Positions 60,463 through 64,000 of a DNA stretch of 64,000 nt are shown piece after piece. Made by a program: the position numbers and the translations under genes. The notes under the pieces were generated by a model. It was not told the origin of the DNA, did not search any database, and saw only the letters and a list, made by a program, of their open reading frames with translations. Source of the DNA: Nitrosomonas sp. (GTDB lineage: Bacteria; Pseudomonadota; Gammaproteobacteria; Burkholderiales; Nitrosomonadaceae); the NCBI RefSeq assembly GCF_021582535.1, contig NZ_CP091134.1; one strand, written 5' to 3'. The number at the start of each line of letters is the position of its first letter. Position 1 is the stretch's first letter.

Positions 60463-61230
60463 TCAGGCGGATAATTCGGCCACAACGGGTGCATGATCCG
60501 AAGGACGTTCCAGCTTGCGCACCGCTTTATCAACCGCGCAGCTTGTGCAGACACTTGCGAGTGCATTGCTCAGTAGAATATGGTCGATGCGCAGTCCCCG
60601 GTTCAGGCGGAAAGCCATCATGCGGTAGTCCCACCAGGTATACGATTTCTCCGCTTGCTCGAACAGGCGGAAGCTATCCGTCAATCCCAGCTGCAACAGA
60701 TCGCCGAAAGCCGCGCGTTCGGGTTGACTGCACAAGACTTTACCTTGCCACAATGGTGGGTCGTACACATCGCGATCTTCCGGCGCGATATTAAAATCGC
60801 CCAGAATGGCCAGTTTTTTATAATCCTTCAATTCCTGCTGCAACCATCCGGTCAAGGCAGGCAGCCAGCGTAATTTGTATTGATATTTTTCCGATTCGAC
60901 CGTATCGCCGTTCGGCACATACGCGGAAATGACGCGCACATCGCCATAGGTTGCCGCCACCACGCGTTTTTGCTCGTCTTCAAACCCCGGTATTGCGGTA
61001 ATAATGTCGCTTCCTTTCCGCTTGCTGAGAATCGCGACACCGTTATAGGTTTTCTGCCCGATAAAAACCGATTCATAACCAATCGCGGCAATTTCAGCGG
61101 CAGGAAAATTTTCATCGGATAATTTGGTTTCCTGCAAACACAGCATATCCGGCTGGTTCGTTTGCAGCCAATCGATTACTTGCGGCAGCCTTACTTTGAG
61201 CGAGTTTACATTCCAGGTTGCTAATTTCAT
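60463..61230 (-). CDS. xth: Exodeoxyribonuclease III
   Basis: ATWNVNS, LCLQETK, YVPNG, GDFNIAP, WWDYR, RIDH, SDHAPV. Confidence 0.96.
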   Translation of the reverse strand: MKLATWNVNSLKVRLPQVIDWLQTNQPDMLCLQETKLSDENFPAAEIAAIGYESVFIGQKTYNGVAILSKRKGSDIITAIPGFEDEQKRVVAATYGDVRVISAYVPNGDTVESEKYQYKLRWLPALTGWLQQELKDYKKLAILGDFNIAPEDRDVYDPPLWQGKVLCSQPERAAFGDLLQLGLTDSFRLFEQAEKSYTWWDYRMMAFRLNRGLRIDHILLSNALASVCTSCAVDKAVRKLERPSDHAPVVAELSA

Positions 61231-61232
61231 GA

Positions 61233-62918
61233 TCAATCCTTGGCGTTATGAATAACCAGCTGGTTAAACGGTATGACCCACTGCTGTTGATTGCAAACCT
61301 CAACCGCATAACGTTGTAGCGCCCGTTTAATGGCGAACAGATCTCCCGCGGCCGTGCCATCGAACGTAGCGGCAATCTTGTAATCCAGCGACGACGTATT
61401 GGCGTGAGCGAAATGCACCACCAAATCATTCAGCGAGTTGCCGAAGGATTCCAGTTGCAGACCGCGCCGGATACCGGCACATAATATTTCCGGAATCACG
61501 GTGGTGCATTGCGATTGATGCTGGTAATCGATACCGAAATCGCTGGTTACAGTAAACCCCAGGGAATAATTTTTCGGCTGCGCGGCCAGGAAATCGGCAA
61601 TGCTGTACGTGATCGGCATCACCCCGTTGGGCTGCGACAATACAATGCTTTCCAGGGTAATGCATTTCACCATGGCAAAGGTATTATCGGTCAGCATCAC
61701 GAAATCCCCCCTTTGGCATGGAAACCAAGGCTCGTCTGCGGAGTACGGACGGGAAACGTAATTGGCCAGTTCCGCCAAGGTGAGCCGCAACTCCAACCCG
61801 GGTAACATGGGATTGGTCAATTTACTGTAATAATTCAAACTTTCCACCAGCAGCGGGATACCGTTATAGTTGATGCATTCGCCTTCCCTGACGGATCCGG
61901 TATTCAATAGTATCCGTAGCTCATTGATATAACTTGGAATAGAGCTTTTCAGCAGCCAAATGATACTCAGCAGCAGTAACACGGTAATACCGGTTAGCAC
62001 CTGGTCGTTACGCACACTCAGCACATAGAACACCGCTGTGATCGATAGTGCCGCCATCAGAAAATGATAAAACAATGTGCTGATGCGCTGATAATAGGTT
62101 CTTCTTTCCTCTTTCTTGCGATGACTCAGCCAGTGCAGCAGCTTCTGCAACGATAGCATCGAGAAATACACGGAAATAAAAGCAGTCAGCGCCATCAACA
62201 ATGTGGCGCCGCGTCCCGCAGCAAATTGCTGCACATGCTCGCCCAAGGATATTTCCTTGGCGGATTGCGATTTAATCATCTCCTCGAGTTGTAATTGTGC
62301 GACCTCCAGAAGATGCTGGTTTTCCAGCAATTGACCGTTCCATTTTTTGCTGATGCGCTCAAACTCGGCGAAAGCCTCTTTTTCAAAACCGGCTGTATTG
62401 ATTTCCCCGATATGCTTCAGCACTTCATTGATGACACGGATTTGCGATTTATAAAAATCGATTTTCTTTTGCAAGCTATCCGTCTTGCGCTTATTTTCCG
62501 TCAATTGGCGTAGTTCGCTCATAATCGGCTGCACAATTTCCAGCAAATCTTTCTGCCAATCGAATTCTCTCTTTTCTATTGTTTCCTCTTTGCTCAGCTC
62601 CAAACCCGCCGTCAGAATCATTTCAAATGACGATTTCTGCTCCGCAATGGCATTGCTTAATTCGGTCAATTCCGCCTGGATTCTGTTTTTTTCCTGCTCC
62701 GTCCTGGCTTTCGTCAACGCCTTTGACATCGCTTCTGCCTGATCTTTTTGCAGTTTGATGCTGCTGATAATGTCATTGAGCTTTTCAACAACCAGTTCTT
62801 TTTGCAGCTCCCTTTCGGTGGCGATCAAAGGAATTTCCAATGTGCTCGCGCTGGTGCCGGAGAGCACCAATGCCAGTAAAAAGAAAACAAACCAACGTAA
62901 AGCAAAATCAATTTTCAT
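61233..62918 (-). CDS. Large membrane protein with periplasmic coiled coil, MscS-like C-terminus
   Basis: Signal peptide, ~200-aa coiled coil, three TM helices, GSVREGE, FGIDY, SSLDY, IPFNQL. Confidence 0.65.
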   Translation of the reverse strand: MKIDFALRWFVFFLLALVLSGTSASTLEIPLIATERELQKELVVEKLNDIISSIKLQKDQAEAMSKALTKARTEQEKNRIQAELTELSNAIAEQKSSFEMILTAGLELSKEETIEKREFDWQKDLLEIVQPIMSELRQLTENKRKTDSLQKKIDFYKSQIRVINEVLKHIGEINTAGFEKEAFAEFERISKKWNGQLLENQHLLEVAQLQLEEMIKSQSAKEISLGEHVQQFAAGRGATLLMALTAFISVYFSMLSLQKLLHWLSHRKKEERRTYYQRISTLFYHFLMAALSITAVFYVLSVRNDQVLTGITVLLLLSIIWLLKSSIPSYINELRILLNTGSVREGECINYNGIPLLVESLNYYSKLTNPMLPGLELRLTLAELANYVSRPYSADEPWFPCQRGDFVMLTDNTFAMVKCITLESIVLSQPNGVMPITYSIADFLAAQPKNYSLGFTVTSDFGIDYQHQSQCTTVIPEILCAGIRRGLQLESFGNSLNDLVVHFAHANTSSLDYKIAATFDGTAAGDLFAIKRALQRYAVEVCNQQQWVIPFNQLVIHNAKD

Positions 62919-62977
62919 GTTTTATCGGATCAATAATTGGGTTTTTATTATCAGCACGACCGTCTTGGAAAACCATC

Positions 62978-64000
62978 TCAGACAGCAAAAAAACGCTCGA
63001 CTTCCGCCAGATCGCGCGTGCGTTTCATCGGCGGCAGGCTTTGCCATATCTGTTTGCCATAGGCTTTCGTCGTCAAGCGCGGATCGCAAATCATCAACAC
63101 GCCGCGGTCCGCTTCATCGCGGATCAACCGGCCGGCGCCTTGTTTCAGATTAATGACCGCACGCGGCAATTGATATTCCATAAACGCATTGCGTCCTTCG
63201 TTGTTCATTTTATCAATCCGTGCAGCTAGCACCGGATCGTCCGGCGGCGCAAACGGCAGTTTATCGATGATGACCAGCGACAACGCATCGCCGCGTACAT
63301 CGACACCTTCCCAGAACGATTGGCTGCCAATGAGCACGGCATTGTTCAATGCGCGGAAACGTTCCAGCATATTGGAGCGAGAGCCTTGCCCTTGCAGCAG
63401 TAAAGGAAAATCGAAATCCTCGGCGGCTTGCAACAACTCGTGCACACGCTGCATCGCACGTAAACTGGTGCAGAGAAAAAAGGCCCGCCCGCGGCTCGCG
63501 CGCAATACCGGCAGCGCCGCTTGAACCACCTGATCGGTGTAGTTCCTTTGCTGCGGTTCCGGCAAACCGGACGGTACGTACAGTAGCGCTTGTTGCGCGA
63601 AATCGAACGGACTTTCCCAGCATGCCGTTTGCGCCGCGGTCAATCCCATTTCGTGATTGTAATGGCTGAAGTCCTTTTTTACCGACAAGGTTGCGGAAGT
63701 AAAAATCCAGGCACGCGGCGATGAAACCATTTGTCTTTGGAAAATTTCCGCAATCGACAGCGGTGTTGCGTTCAGTTGCAAAGCATGGTGATAGACTTCG
63801 ACCCAGCGCACATGCTCCTGCATTTCCGTTTCATCGCGCCAGCGTTGCAGCAGATACAAATGCGCCGCCGCGCGCTGGCGGCAATTCTCCAGTCCTTCGG
63901 ATCGTTCCGCCTGGCTTTCCAGTAATTTTACCAACGTGATCAGTTTTTCCAGCACATCGCCCAGCGCTTGACTGAAACCGCTATTTTGCTTGGCGGCTGC
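62978..64000 (-). CDS. DinG/YoaA-family ATP-dependent DNA helicase, 5' end outside the window
   Basis: FTSATL, SPFD, SFWEGVDVRG, KLPFAPPDDP, QGAGRLIR; frame open to 64000. Confidence 0.92.
   Translation of the reverse strand, partial: AAAKQNSGFSQALGDVLEKLITLVKLLESQAERSEGLENCRQRAAAHLYLLQRWRDETEMQEHVRWVEVYHHALQLNATPLSIAEIFQRQMVSSPRAWIFTSATLSVKKDFSHYNHEMGLTAAQTACWESPFDFAQQALLYVPSGLPEPQQRNYTDQVVQAALPVLRASRGRAFFLCTSLRAMQRVHELLQAAEDFDFPLLLQGQGSRSNMLERFRALNNAVLIGSQSFWEGVDVRGDALSLVIIDKLPFAPPDDPVLAARIDKMNNEGRNAFMEYQLPRAVINLKQGAGRLIRDEADRGVLMICDPRLTTKAYGKQIWQSLPPMKRTRDLAEVERFFAV

Noticed and set aside
1-64000. CRISPR arrays, tRNA/rRNA genes, prophage, transposases, and the many short antisense ORFs in the track
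   Set aside because: No repeat-spacer periodicity, RNA-gene signatures or phage/transposase motifs seen by eye; the short ORFs are shadows of well-supported genes.

Overview
Chromosomal window of a betaproteobacterium, most likely an ammonia-oxidising Nitrosomonas. This is inferred from the gene order (dusB-fis-purH-purD; glnA-DUF4124-xth), several VPEPETY-type PEP-CTERM proteins and a class I aldolase. From left to right: (1) a tightly packed minus-strand operon in which DabA/DUF2309 sits among at least four NuoL/NuoM-like membrane subunits, an expanded inorganic-carbon pump that runs off the left edge and has two 11-bp-phased repeat arrays upstream; (2) an RNA methyltransferase and an msrB-nhaC operon; (3) three PEP-CTERM genes around an atypical LuxR regulator; (4) hemJ, an M32 peptidase, pbpG and an orphan ACP; (5) flgA and flgB-L, with candidate sigma54 and sigma28 promoters; (6) purD, purH, fis, dusB, ubiH; (7) ankyrin and Sel1 exported proteins; (8) fbaB and a two-component pair between two inverted copies of a ~144-bp IS5-type MITE; (9) comEC; (10) an apparently decaying hydrogenase-maturation locus (protease, internally deleted hupE, hypA, hypB, short hypF, two-Cys Hsp33) with no hydrogenase structural genes; (11) recQ, glnA without ntrBC, xth, an MscS-like protein and a partial DinG-family helicase. 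I saw no CRISPR array, rRNA, tRNA or transposase. All calls come from reading motifs by eye; no database search was run.
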